Translations under genes and position numbers: made by a program
The notes under the pieces: model-generated
What the model was told of the DNA's origin: nothing
Database searches by the model: none
The model's input: only the letters and a program-made list of their open reading frames with translations
Origin: an uncultured Alphaproteobacteria bacterium
GTDB lineage: Bacteria > Pseudomonadota > Alphaproteobacteria > RF32 > CAG-239
Direction of reading: 5' to 3'
Assembly: GCA_944392275.1 (NCBI GenBank)
Contig: CALXWA010000001.1
Location: 4,737 to 68,736 of the forward strand
Length of the DNA: 64,000 nt
In this document: in pieces, positions 28,709-38,783 of the stretch
Numbering within the stretch: the first letter of the stretch is position 1
Layout of the letters: every line of letters begins with the position of its first letter

Positions 28709-30475
28709 ATGGATCATCAAGAAACACAATTAGAGCTTGATTTAAGCACGACAACAACCCCCGGCAACACGAAGGTCGAGTTTTTGCATCAACCGGGGAT
28801 ATATTTTGTTGCCTTAGGTGGTGCCGAAGAGGTCGGTTTTAATATGTACGCCTATATTGTCAACGGCAGAATTATTGTTGTTGACTGTGGTTATGGTTTT
28901 TTAAACGATGATTTTCCGGGGATAGAGTTGGGCTTAGCCGATGCCTCTTTTTTAGAAAATTATCAAGATTGTATAGAAGGATTATTCATAACCCACTCTC
29001 ACGAAGATCATTTTGGTGCGATTGCTCACGTATGGCCCAGATTAAAATGTCCGGTTTACGGTACGGCATTTGCTTTGGGGCATATTATGGACCGCCTGAA
29101 GGAATACAAATTGGATGAGGAAGTTGAATGTCATACCGTAAAAGACGGAGATGTTATCAAAGTTGCCGATTTTTCCGTAGAATACGCCTACTTGGTTCAT
29201 TCAACACCGGAAACATCGGCCCTAATCATCCGGACCCCTTACGGCAATATTGTCCATGCGACCGATTGGCGTTTTGATGATGAAAAAATGGATATTCTTC
29301 CGACCAATTGGAAAGCATTTAAAAAAGTAGCCAAAGAAGGCGTTGCACTATACGTCGGAGATTCGACCAATATGACCCATTTAACAGCCGAGCCGTCGGA
29401 AATGGAAATTCGGCAAAGTTTAATCGACTTGGTCCCAAAGTTTAAGAATACTTTGGTTGCAACCTGCTTTGCTTCAAATATCATGCGGATGGAAAGCTTG
29501 ATTATGGCCGCAGACAAGGCCGGGAGAACACCGGTCATTTCCGGTCGGAGCTTGAACCAAAACATGCGCTTGGCCAAAGAATGCGGATATCTGCAAAACT
29601 GCCCGCCTTATGCCGAATCAATTGATGCCAAAGATATTCCGTTAGATAAAATGTTATACATTTGTGCCGGTTCGCAAGGAAATTATCGGAGCGGACTTTC
29701 ACGTATTGTCAATGGCGAAAATAAAGATATTCAATTAGGCAAAGGAGACGCCATTATCTTTTCTTCCAAAATTATTCCCGGTAATGAGGAAAAAATTGAA
29801 AGAATGCAAGAAAAACTCCGTGATGCCGGTGTCGATGTCATAACATCGGAAGAATATTTGGTTCATACCTCCGGCCATGGTGGTAAGGAAGAAATCAAAA
29901 AAATGTATTCTCTCCTTAAGCCAAAATTAGTTATTCCGGTCCATGGTGACAAACGTAATATTCGTGAACAGAAAAGATTTGCCACGGAATGCGGCGTCAA
30001 AGATGTTCTGATTGCCCGCAACGGAGAGGTTGTGCTTATTGAGAACAACCATGCCGCAATTGTAGCCGAAGTCCCAACGGATATTCTTGGTGTAGACCGC
30101 CGCAACTTGACCAACCTCAGTTCCCCGCTTATCAAAAACCGCAAAAGAATAGCCTATAATTGCAGTTTGTTTATTAGCGTTGTTTTGGGAGAAGATTGGC
30201 AAGTAGAGGATTTGCAAATTTCTTCAAATGATATATTAGAAGAAAAAGCATTTGCCGATCTTGCTTCCCGCATCAAGGAGGAAATGATACCGCTTATTCC
30301 CGAAGAAGCTGCTCGCCTCAATTATCGTCAGGCTCAGATAGAAGAGTTCATTCGTTCGCGTATTCGCAAACTGATTTTTAAGGAAACCGACATCAAGCCG
30401 GTAACCACACTGCATTTTTATAAAAGAGGCATGATAAGCACGACCGACAGCGGAGAAGAAAGCGAAAATTTATAA
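28709..30475 (+). CDS. rnj: Ribonuclease J (metallo-beta-lactamase/beta-CASP RNA-processing family)
   Basis: HTHSHEDHFGAIAHV metal motif, beta-CASP middle region and C-terminal domain; 588 aa. Confidence 0.75.
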   Translation: MDHQETQLELDLSTTTTPGNTKVEFLHQPGIYFVALGGAEEVGFNMYAYIVNGRIIVVDCGYGFLNDDFPGIELGLADASFLENYQDCIEGLFITHSHEDHFGAIAHVWPRLKCPVYGTAFALGHIMDRLKEYKLDEEVECHTVKDGDVIKVADFSVEYAYLVHSTPETSALIIRTPYGNIVHATDWRFDDEKMDILPTNWKAFKKVAKEGVALYVGDSTNMTHLTAEPSEMEIRQSLIDLVPKFKNTLVATCFASNIMRMESLIMAADKAGRTPVISGRSLNQNMRLAKECGYLQNCPPYAESIDAKDIPLDKMLYICAGSQGNYRSGLSRIVNGENKDIQLGKGDAIIFSSKIIPGNEEKIERMQEKLRDAGVDVITSEEYLVHTSGHGGKEEIKKMYSLLKPKLVIPVHGDKRNIREQKRFATECGVKDVLIARNGEVVLIENNHAAIVAEVPTDILGVDRRNLTNLSSPLIKNRKRIAYNCSLFISVVLGEDWQVEDLQISSNDILEEKAFADLASRIKEEMIPLIPEEAARLNYRQAQIEEFIRSRIRKLIFKETDIKPVTTLHFYKRGMISTTDSGEESENL

Positions 30476-31144
30476 CTCAATCGTCATTCCCGGTTTGGCC
30501 AATCCGGCAAAGCCAAGCTTTCTGGCCTTATCTTCCAAAAAGTCATAATCTTGCGGAGCATAATGCGTAAGATAAGTCTTGGCTTTCATTTCCAAAGTGG
30601 CTTTTCCCAACTCATCTAATCCGACATGTCCGGAATTTCCGCTTTTGTGAACATCATGAATAATAATTTTTGCTTTTTGGGCAAACGGACTATCCAACAA
30701 AGAAAGAGAAGTATCTCCGCTGTAAAGAAGAGCTTCTTCAACAAATAAAGCCTTACAGTCCATGCCTTTTGCATGCGGAACTTCCATAGTTTCAATCTTG
30801 AGACCTTTTTTGGCCTGGACAACCATATCAAAGGCATCGTTCCCGTCACACAAACGCAAAAGTTTTTCCCAGCTAACCCCACCGACAAAAGTTTTTTGCT
30901 TCAAAATATTGTGCCGATACTCAAGTAAAGCAACAGCCGAGCCACAATGGTCCTGATGGGTATGGGATAATAAAATGGTGTTAATAAATTTGGCGTATTC
31001 TTTCTCTAAAATCACCGGAAAAACATTAAAACCGCAATCTAATAAAACAGCATTGTCTTTTTCCAGCCATAACAGAACCGAACTGTTTGTTGTGTTTTTG
31101 GCAAAAGCCGATCCGCTGCCTAAAATTTCTATTTTCATAATCAA
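30470..31144 (-). CDS. MBL-fold metallo-hydrolase
   Basis: HTHQDHCGSAVAL (HxHxDH) motif; 224 aa. Convergent with rnj, overlapping its end by 6 nt. Confidence 0.55.
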   Translation of the reverse strand: MIMKIEILGSGSAFAKNTTNSSVLLWLEKDNAVLLDCGFNVFPVILEKEYAKFINTILLSHTHQDHCGSAVALLEYRHNILKQKTFVGGVSWEKLLRLCDGNDAFDMVVQAKKGLKIETMEVPHAKGMDCKALFVEEALLYSGDTSLSLLDSPFAQKAKIIIHDVHKSGNSGHVGLDELGKATLEMKAKTYLTHYAPQDYDFLEDKARKLGFAGLAKPGMTIEL

Positions 31145-31158
31145 CAGTCTCCTTATCT

Positions 31159-32586
31159 TTATTGTTCTTGTTTTTCAGGAAGATAGATGGTAAAAGTTGT
31201 TCCGTTATATCCGTTAGAGTTAACGGTAAGGTTTCCTTGATGGCGAATGATAATTTGCTTTGCGATGGATAGACCTAATCCCGTTCCCTTAATATTCAAG
31301 TCTTTATGTTCCTGCATACGGTAAAAGCGTTCGGTCAAGCGGGCTAATTTTTCCGGTTCAATTTTAGGCCCTTTATTATTGACGGAAATGGCAATGCCAG
31401 CCCCGTGAGCCGTTTTAAAAGATTTTGATAACGGAATTTGCTCACATTTCTTGACCCTTAAAGTAATATCGCTTTTAGCAATACCATATTTCACGGCATT
31501 ATCCGTCAGGTTTTGCACAACTTGCTTAATTTGGGAGCGGTCGGCAATAATATCGGGCACATTCTCTTCACAGAAAATTTTAATGTTCATCTCTCGCTCT
31601 TTAGCTCGCAGAGCCAAAGCTTGAGCCACTTCTTCCACAATGTCTTCCGCATTAACCAAAGTATTGGGGAGCTGGTCTTGATTGAGCTCAATTTTAGACA
31701 AAGAGAGAAGATTCTCAATCAAAGAGGACATATATTCAGCCTGTTCTGCCATAATTTTCAAAAATTTCTCGGTAGCTTCGGGATCATCTTTGGCAGAGGT
31801 CCGTAAAGTTTCAATAAACCCGGAAAGGATGGACAAAGGCGTTCGCAGTTCATGGCTGGCATTAGCCACAAAATCCGATTGCATCTTTTCAATTTTAAAG
31901 GATTTTGTCATATCATAAATAGAGATAACGGCAATAGCTTTTCCTTTTGACAGCCAAGGGAGTTGCTTGATATGAGCATAAAGTTTTTGGGCGGACGGTT
32001 TTTCCAGATAAAAGACCAAATTTTCAGAGGTACTTTCTTTTTGTAAGACACGATTTACGGCATTAATAAAATTGTTGGATTTGAAAACTTTTTCAATATT
32101 TTTATTGGTAATGTTTTTGCCGAAAGTATTGCGAGCGGCCAAATTGGCCCCCAGAATATTTCCGGAGCGATCAATCATCATAATCGGATCGGGAAGGCTG
32201 TCCAACACGGCGGTATCGGAAATGGTTTGAGCTTCAAGAATATCGGCTTTTTGTGCCCAAAAACGATGCATGGCGTTCACGGCCTCAACAATCTCTTGAG
32301 TTTCTTTTTCAGATAAATTCATTGCCTTTTCATCAAGATTTTCCCCTTTTGCAAGAGACGTAACGTAGTGCTTAATTTTTTGCAATTCAAAGGTCAAAGG
32401 AAATAACATGACAATATTAAAAAAGATCACGGCAGCCAAAGACAAAACGGCCAATAACGGATCCACCAAATTAAAGGCCGCAAGAATAATAAAAACCAAA
32501 GCCGTCGGAAAACTTAAAAAGATAACTCTTTCGGCAAATTTATTATTCGGTTCAATACCTAAAGATTTTCGAGCTCTTTCAAACAT
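31159..32586 (-). CDS. Two-component sensor histidine kinase (two TM helices - PAS - HisKA - HATPase)
   Basis: H-box ASHELRTPLSILSGFIETL, N-box NLTDNAVKYG, G-boxes GTGLGLSIAKQII. Confidence 0.75.
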   Translation of the reverse strand: MFERARKSLGIEPNNKFAERVIFLSFPTALVFIILAAFNLVDPLLAVLSLAAVIFFNIVMLFPLTFELQKIKHYVTSLAKGENLDEKAMNLSEKETQEIVEAVNAMHRFWAQKADILEAQTISDTAVLDSLPDPIMMIDRSGNILGANLAARNTFGKNITNKNIEKVFKSNNFINAVNRVLQKESTSENLVFYLEKPSAQKLYAHIKQLPWLSKGKAIAVISIYDMTKSFKIEKMQSDFVANASHELRTPLSILSGFIETLRTSAKDDPEATEKFLKIMAEQAEYMSSLIENLLSLSKIELNQDQLPNTLVNAEDIVEEVAQALALRAKEREMNIKIFCEENVPDIIADRSQIKQVVQNLTDNAVKYGIAKSDITLRVKKCEQIPLSKSFKTAHGAGIAISVNNKGPKIEPEKLARLTERFYRMQEHKDLNIKGTGLGLSIAKQIIIRHQGNLTVNSNGYNGTTFTIYLPEKQEQ

Positions 32587-32681
32587 ACACAGTGTCCCAT
32601 AACTTGCAAATAATCCTAGACGGAAATTATAAATATATTATTATAAGACAAGTTTAAAAAAAATAAATATTTTGGAAGAAA

Positions 32682-35375
32682 ATGACGGAAGAACTTGAAA
32701 ATAATGCCAACATGACCCCCATGATGGCTCAATACATGCAAATCAAACGGGAACACAAAGATTATTTATTGTTTTACCGGATGGGTGATTTTTATGAATT
32801 GTTTTTAGAGGATGCCATTATCGCCTCAAAAGCCTTAGATATTGCTCTCACCAAAAGAGGCAAACTGGATAATCAAGATATTCCGATGTGCGGGGTCCCG
32901 TTCCATGCCTATGAAAGTTATTTGGCCAAGTTAATCCGCCAAGGCTATAAAGTCGCCATCTGTGAACAGGTTGAAGATCCGAAAGAGGCCAAAAAAAGAG
33001 GCTATAAGGCCGTTGTAAAAAGAGAAGTTATTCGCCTGGTAACGGCAGGGACATTAACGGAAGAGCCGTTATTAGAATCAAAAAAGAATAACTTTTTGCT
33101 CTGTTTAGCCAAACAAAATGATGCTTTGGGACTTTCTTGGCTAGATATCTCAACCGGAGATTATTATCTGCAAGAAATCAGTCTCAAAAACAAAGATGAG
33201 GCAGTTGTTGTGAACGGAATCTTATCACGCCTCAATCCGGTCGAAACATTGGTCGCAGACAATTTTTTGCAAAATCCCAATGTTTTCCGTGTTTTTAATG
33301 AATATAAGGATCAACTTTCCGTCATACCGCAAGCACGGTTTAACAGTGAAAATGCACAAAAAAGATTAAAAGATGTCTTTAAGGTTGAAACATTGGATGT
33401 CTTTGGCAGTTTTTCGCGAGCAGAAGTCACGGCGGCCGGAGTCTTGCTGGATTATGTAGAGACAACACAAAAAGGAAAAATCCCTCTAATCGCTAATCCG
33501 ATAAAAGTAACGGAAAGTCAGATTATGGAAATTGACGGAGCAACGCGTCGCTCTCTGGAATTGGTGGAATCAATGAGCGGAGACAAAAACGCAACGCTTT
33601 TAGGCGTGATTGATCGCACCGTAACCGGAAGCGGGGGAAGACTTTTAGCCTCTCGTGTGGCCAACCCGCTCAAAGATGTAAGCCTAATTAACCGCCGTCT
33701 GGATGTTGTTGAATTTTTTGTGACCGACAATGAGATTCGGCAAAAGATTCGTGAAGTCTTAAAATCCTCTCCGGATATTGAAAGGGCCGTTACAAGATTG
33801 AGCTTAGGCAGAGGCGGCCCCAGAGATTTGGCCAATATTAAAACGGCATTGGCTTTGGTCCCGCAGCTCAAAAATATTATAAAAGGATATAACGCGCAAA
33901 ATTCATCCCAGTTGTTAGAAAACATTCCGGAATCCTTACAAAGTATTTTACAAAATCTAGGGGATCATTCCGTCTTGGTCCAGACACTGGAACAAGCCTT
34001 AGCCGATGACCTGCCGCTGCTCGCCAGAGACGGAGGCTTTGTTCGTGAAGGGTATTATCCTCCGCTTGATGAGGTAAAGTCTCTCAAAAACGACAGCCAT
34101 CAGATGATTATCAGTCTGCAAAATAAATATGCGGAAGCTACGGGGATTTCCAACTTAAAAATTAAGTACAACAATGTGATAGGGTATTTTATTGAAGTTC
34201 AATCAAAATTTTCTCCACAATTGCTTGAAAATCCGGAATACATTCATCGGCAATCGGTATTAAATGCCTCGCGTTTTACCACGGTAGAGCTGACGGAACT
34301 TGAAAATAAAATTCGCGGAGCCGCCGATAAAGCTTTGGCGATGGAACAAGAGATATTTGAAAATTTGGTAACGGATATCAAAGCCGCATCAGAGGATATT
34401 CTGCGGACAGCTAAAGCCTATGCAGAGATTGATGTTGCAGCGTCTTTGGCAGATTTAGCGGTTGAGAAAAATTATTGCCGTCCGGTTGTTGATGATACGT
34501 TAGCTTTTGAGATTCAGGACGGAAAACATCCGGTTGTTGAGCATTCCATTCACCGTGAAAATGCGGGAAGCTTTGTCGGCAACAACTGCAATCTAGATGA
34601 AGAACATGGTCGTTTGTGGCTCTTAACCGGTCCAAACATGGCAGGTAAATCAACATTTTTGCGGCAAAACGCCATTATTGCGGTTATGGCCCAAATGGGA
34701 GCTTATGTTCCCTGTGCATCCGCCCATATCGGTGTGATAGATAAGATTTTTTCCAGGGTCGGAGCATCGGATGACTTGGCTCGCGGTCGTTCAACATTTA
34801 TGGTTGAAATGGTCGAGACCGCCGCAATATTAAATCAAGCCGACGAGCGTTCCTTTGTGATTTTGGATGAAATCGGACGCGGCACGGCAACCTTTGACGG
34901 ATTGTCGATTGCCTGGGCGGTTGTAGAACATTTGCACGAGGTTAACAAATGTCGTGCCTTGTTTGCCACTCACTACCACGAGCTAACGGCCCTCACGGCA
35001 AAATTGCCAAGCATGAGTTTGCATTGCATGAAAATCAAAGAGTTTAACGAACAAGTGATTTTTTTGCATGAGGTAATAGACGGAGCGGCAGACCGCAGCT
35101 ACGGAATCCATGTTGCAAAATTAGCCGGCTTGCCCAAAGTTGTGGTAAAAAGAGCCGAACAGGTTTTGCAATCTCTTGAACAAGACGGAAAACACGCTTC
35201 GGCAGCCAAATTAGCAGATGATTTACCACTGTTTGCGGCCATGCGTGAAAAAACAGAAAATGCTGTGATAAAATCGCCGGCACTGGAAGCTCTGGAGCAA
35301 CTTAATCCGGATGATCTGAGCCCTAAAGAAGCCTTAGAAAAACTCTATGCGTTGAAAGAATTGTTGAAAAAATAA
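32682..35375 (+). CDS. mutS: DNA mismatch repair protein MutS
   Basis: N-terminal mismatch-binding TPMMAQYMQIKREH...GDFYELF. Walker A TGPNMAGKSTFLRQ. Full 897-aa architecture. Confidence 0.9.
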   Translation: MTEELENNANMTPMMAQYMQIKREHKDYLLFYRMGDFYELFLEDAIIASKALDIALTKRGKLDNQDIPMCGVPFHAYESYLAKLIRQGYKVAICEQVEDPKEAKKRGYKAVVKREVIRLVTAGTLTEEPLLESKKNNFLLCLAKQNDALGLSWLDISTGDYYLQEISLKNKDEAVVVNGILSRLNPVETLVADNFLQNPNVFRVFNEYKDQLSVIPQARFNSENAQKRLKDVFKVETLDVFGSFSRAEVTAAGVLLDYVETTQKGKIPLIANPIKVTESQIMEIDGATRRSLELVESMSGDKNATLLGVIDRTVTGSGGRLLASRVANPLKDVSLINRRLDVVEFFVTDNEIRQKIREVLKSSPDIERAVTRLSLGRGGPRDLANIKTALALVPQLKNIIKGYNAQNSSQLLENIPESLQSILQNLGDHSVLVQTLEQALADDLPLLARDGGFVREGYYPPLDEVKSLKNDSHQMIISLQNKYAEATGISNLKIKYNNVIGYFIEVQSKFSPQLLENPEYIHRQSVLNASRFTTVELTELENKIRGAADKALAMEQEIFENLVTDIKAASEDILRTAKAYAEIDVAASLADLAVEKNYCRPVVDDTLAFEIQDGKHPVVEHSIHRENAGSFVGNNCNLDEEHGRLWLLTGPNMAGKSTFLRQNAIIAVMAQMGAYVPCASAHIGVIDKIFSRVGASDDLARGRSTFMVEMVETAAILNQADERSFVILDEIGRGTATFDGLSIAWAVVEHLHEVNKCRALFATHYHELTALTAKLPSMSLHCMKIKEFNEQVIFLHEVIDGAADRSYGIHVAKLAGLPKVVVKRAEQVLQSLEQDGKHASAAKLADDLPLFAAMREKTENAVIKSPALEALEQLNPDDLSPKEALEKLYALKELLKK

Positions 35376-35413
35376 AAAAAGGAGATATTGCGTATTGTAT
35401 AAGCAATATCTCC
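35368..35413. terminator. Hairpin terminator between convergent mutS (+) and a small minus-strand gene
   Basis: GGAGATATTGC-loop-GCAATATCTCC 11-bp stem preceded on the plus strand by an A-run, which gives the T-run for the minus-strand transcript. Confidence 0.5.
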
Positions 35414-35424
35414 TAACTCAAATT

Positions 35425-35652
35425 TTATTCCATAGAAGAGGACTTTCTGTTGGAATAGGTATTATTATAAGAAATAATACCGTTACTCGTTGTAAGAGTG
35501 CCTGATGTAAGTTGTTTTTTGAGCTCTGTATTTTCTTTTTTTAGAGCTTCAACCTCGTTTTTTAAACGGAGGCTGTTGATTGCCAAAACAATCAGACATA
35601 CTAAAGTTATCACTTGGGGGACAATTCCCCACCAAAATCTTTTTGTTTCCAT
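35425..35652 (-). CDS. Small single-TM coiled-coil protein (FtsB-like topology), hypothetical
   Basis: One transmembrane helix followed by a heptad-like segment (LKNEVEALKKENTELKKQL). Confidence 0.3.
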   Translation of the reverse strand: METKRFWWGIVPQVITLVCLIVLAINSLRLKNEVEALKKENTELKKQLTSGTLTTSNGIISYNNTYSNRKSSSME

Positions 35653-35989
35653 AATTTTATTTTTTAGAATTAATACTCAAATTGAAAAAATCTTACTATG
35701 TTTCAGCAAAGTATCAATTCAAAAAAAATGAAAACAATGCTAAATTTAATAAACAGAATAAGATTTTTAACAGCTACTTAATAGAATAAATTACAAATGT
35801 TGGCAAGAAAAAAGATTTCATTTTTTTAGGAAAGGATATAAAACAATAAAAATCAATATGTTAGCAAAGGGTATTATAATACCGCTTTTTAATATATTGA
35901 AAAATAATAAAATTTTCTTGTTGACAATAAGATTCTTTCCTGTATATTCAACACGAATTCAATAACCATCTTTTATAAAGAGAGAAAAC

Positions 35990-36454
35990 ATGAATACATA
36001 TGCAACAAAACCGTCTGACATTAATAGAAAATGGTATGTCGTTGACGCAAAAGGTATGATTTTGGGTCGTATGGCTGCAGAAATCGCCAAGATTCTCCGC
36101 GGCAAACATAAGCCAAATTTTGTTCCCAACCTTGATTGCGGTGACTATGTCGTTGTTATTAATGCCGACAAAGTAAGATTAACAGGTAAAAAATTGACCG
36201 ACAAAAAATATTACAAACACACCGGTTGGATTGGTGGTATCAAAGAAACCACAGCCGGCAAGATTTTGGATGGTCGTTTTCCTGAAAGAGTTATCATTAA
36301 AGCTGTTGAACGCATGATCAGTCGTAATCCGATGGGTCGTCAACAAATGACCAAGCTGAAAGTATATGCCGGAGAAAATCATCCGCATACAGCTCAAAAC
36401 CCAGAAGTTCTTGACCTTGCTTCAAGAAACCCGAAGAATAATAGGAGTAAATAA
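35990..36454 (+). CDS. rplM: 50S ribosomal protein L13
   Basis: [29 protein letters not shown]... Confidence 0.9.
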   Translation: MNTYATKPSDINRKWYVVDAKGMILGRMAAEIAKILRGKHKPNFVPNLDCGDYVVVINADKVRLTGKKLTDKKYYKHTGWIGGIKETTAGKILDGRFPERVIIKAVERMISRNPMGRQQMTKLKVYAGENHPHTAQNPEVLDLASRNPKNNRSK

Positions 36455-36456
36455 TA

Positions 36457-36939
36457 ATGGCTGAAAAAATCGAATCATTAAAAGATATCAAAGCTGCTGC
36501 AAGTTCAGCCAATTCTTCAGAAACGGTTGTACGTAAAGCAAAACGCGACAAATTCGGTCGTTCTTATGCTACCGGAAAGAGAAAAGATGCCGTAGCTCGT
36601 GTATGGATTAAGCCGGGTAAAGGAAACATCACCATCAATGACAAAACCATTGATCAATATTTTGCTCGTCCGGTTTTGAAGATGATCATCAATCAACCGT
36701 TTGAAGTTACCAATCGTGAAAATGAATTTGATGTAATCTGCACGGTTAAAGGTGGTGGATTATCTGGTCAAGCCGGTGCCATTAAACATGGTATTTCCAA
36801 GGCTTTGAATGAATATGAGCCGGAATTGAGAGCCGCTTTGAAGAAAGCTGGTTTCTTGACCCGTGATGATCGTACGGTTGAACGTAAGAAATATGGTAAG
36901 GCCAAAGCTCGTCGCTCTTACCAATTCTCTAAACGTTAA
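36457..36939 (+). CDS. rpsI: 30S ribosomal protein S9
   Basis: [22 protein letters not shown]...[19 protein letters not shown]...[17 protein letters not shown]. Confidence 0.9.
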   Translation: MAEKIESLKDIKAAASSANSSETVVRKAKRDKFGRSYATGKRKDAVARVWIKPGKGNITINDKTIDQYFARPVLKMIINQPFEVTNRENEFDVICTVKGGGLSGQAGAIKHGISKALNEYEPELRAALKKAGFLTRDDRTVERKKYGKAKARRSYQFSKR

Positions 36940-36964
36940 TCGTTTACCGGAAAAAGTTATAAAA

Positions 36965-36993
36965 AGAGTTGTCGTAAGACAACTCTTTTTTTG
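36965..36993 (+). terminator. Intrinsic terminator after rpsI
   Basis: AGAGTTGTC-GTAAG-GACAACTCT hairpin followed by TTTTTTT. Confidence 0.6.
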
Positions 36994-37214
36994 TCTAAAA
37001 TTGTTGACAAAACAGTCGTTATGTGGCATAAAAAACAGGTATTTTAAGTATTTTGGTTATTACTATGTGGTTATCAACAATTGGATTTGTCCGATTAGGG
37101 TGAGTTAGCATAGGTTTCCATTTGCTTAAGACATAAGTTTTTTTATTAATTAACCAAAGAGGGAACGGGACGTGCTAAAAGGACACCCCCTCTATAAACA
37201 AACCCAGAAAAATT

Positions 37215-37586
37215 ATGGCAAAGTTAGAAATTTGTTCAAATGACGTGAAAGAGAGCATCAATGCATTAAAGCTTTTCCGTTCCGGTTGGGCCAATGATAT
37301 CCGAGAAGGATGGGATTGTTCAATACCTGGAGCCAAGGAGCTGACCTTTGAGTTGTATGAAATCTCCGGAAGCATCATTTTAGCCTTGGAGCAAGTATTG
37401 GCCGGGAATTATCGTGATAAAATGGCAATGCTCATGACCAAGGCTAAGCTTGAAAGACTTGTCAAGTCGGAAGATTTTGATCGTTTGTCAATCTTGAATG
37501 AAGCGGGACTTTCCCATGTTGTGACAAACGGAACAAAACATCATATTCGTGTGATGTTTGAATGTTTGGAAGTACTAACGGCATAA
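37215..37586 (+). CDS. Hypothetical protein
   Basis: 123-aa ORF followed by a strong terminator at 37602-37633 (AAGAGTGAGGA-GAAAA-TCCTCACTCTT plus T-run). No recognisable motif. Confidence 0.35.
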   Translation: MAKLEICSNDVKESINALKLFRSGWANDIREGWDCSIPGAKELTFELYEISGSIILALEQVLAGNYRDKMAMLMTKAKLERLVKSEDFDRLSILNEAGLSHVVTNGTKHHIRVMFECLEVLTA

Positions 37587-37754
37587 TTGCAAAACATTGC
37601 AAAGAGTGAGGAGAAAATCCTCACTCTTTTTTTGTTATAAAATAAAAATTTTACGACAAGCAAAAATTCCAAGTTGTACCCCGCTCTTTGTAAAAATCTT
37701 GCAAAAGGTGTTAAAGATTTTATACTCAATTTATCAAAACAAAAGGAGTGAGTA

Positions 37755-38105
37755 ATGAAAACATTAAAAATATTTGCGTTATCTGCACTATGCTTAGGTC
37801 TTGCCACCCCGGCAAAAGCTATTTTTGTTGGTCCGAGCAGTGCCGAAAGTTGCACGGTTGCACAAGCAAAAGAAATGAGAGACGAAAGTCCGGTTATGTT
37901 GATTGGCTTTATTGAAAATCATTTAGGGGGTGAGGACTATATGTTTAAAGATGCCACCGGCTCAATCAAAGTAGAAATTGATCAAGACGTTTGGCAGGGA
38001 ATAAATGTTACCCCGAGTGATAAGGTTGAGATAAAAGGTGAGGTGGATACACATATGTATAAACCAACCGATATAGAGGTCGAAAGTATTCGAATAGTAC
38101 GCTAA
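37755..38105 (+). CDS. YgiW/YdeI (BOF) family OB-fold periplasmic protein
   Basis: Signal peptide. BOF-family pattern TVAQAKEMRDESPVMLIGFI...FKDATGSIKVEID...VEIKGEVD. Terminator at 38111-38140. Confidence 0.6.
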   Translation: MKTLKIFALSALCLGLATPAKAIFVGPSSAESCTVAQAKEMRDESPVMLIGFIENHLGGEDYMFKDATGSIKVEIDQDVWQGINVTPSDKVEIKGEVDTHMYKPTDIEVESIRIVR

Positions 38106-38238
38106 TTACAAAAAAAAGCTCCCGAAAGGGAGTTTTTTTTGCAAAATCAACGTATAATTTTTTTATTCCTCTTTCTTGAAAAATATGCTATAATTGAAAG
38201 TACAAAAAAATTAAAAAGAAATTAAAAAACATATTATT

Positions 38239-38700
38239 ATGAAAACAATAAAATTTGTGATGTTGCTTTGTGTCAGCATCTTAGGCTTGAGTTCTTGCTC
38301 AACCTATCGGTTAGCCAACGGAGTTGCTGTTTTTGCTCGTTCGGGAGCTGCTGCAAAAGAAGTTTATGCCGGGCAAAATGTTGTAAACCGTTATAACCAA
38401 AATATGGGGGCCCGCATCAGTTATAGTACAAGGTTAAACTACGTCTATAACTTCAATTGTGGGTGGTTTTCGTTTGTATGCCACGGAGATAATATCTTTG
38501 TGTCATACAACAAAGGTTCTGAGACCGTATACAAATGGACGGCGGGAAAACGCTATTATTCAAACGGATATAAGCGTGTCATCCTCAACACTGGGCCTTA
38601 TATGTGTGAGGTCGTGGTTGAGAAAAAAAGCCCGACGACCCAAAATTGGGTGTTGGCAGGAAAGATGACAATCGATACAAGAAAAGGGAGGAGATATTAA
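38239..38700 (+). CDS. Hypothetical lipoprotein
   Basis: Lipobox LGLSSCS. Aromatic-rich, beta-rich sequence. Confidence 0.4.
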   Translation: MKTIKFVMLLCVSILGLSSCSTYRLANGVAVFARSGAAAKEVYAGQNVVNRYNQNMGARISYSTRLNYVYNFNCGWFSFVCHGDNIFVSYNKGSETVYKWTAGKRYYSNGYKRVILNTGPYMCEVVVEKKSPTTQNWVLAGKMTIDTRKGRRY

Positions 38701-38783
38701 TCTCCTTCTTTTTTTATTTTCTTTTTCCGATTTATTAAGGTTCTTTAGCTATAATGAAAAAAAATAAAGATTCGGAAAAATAA

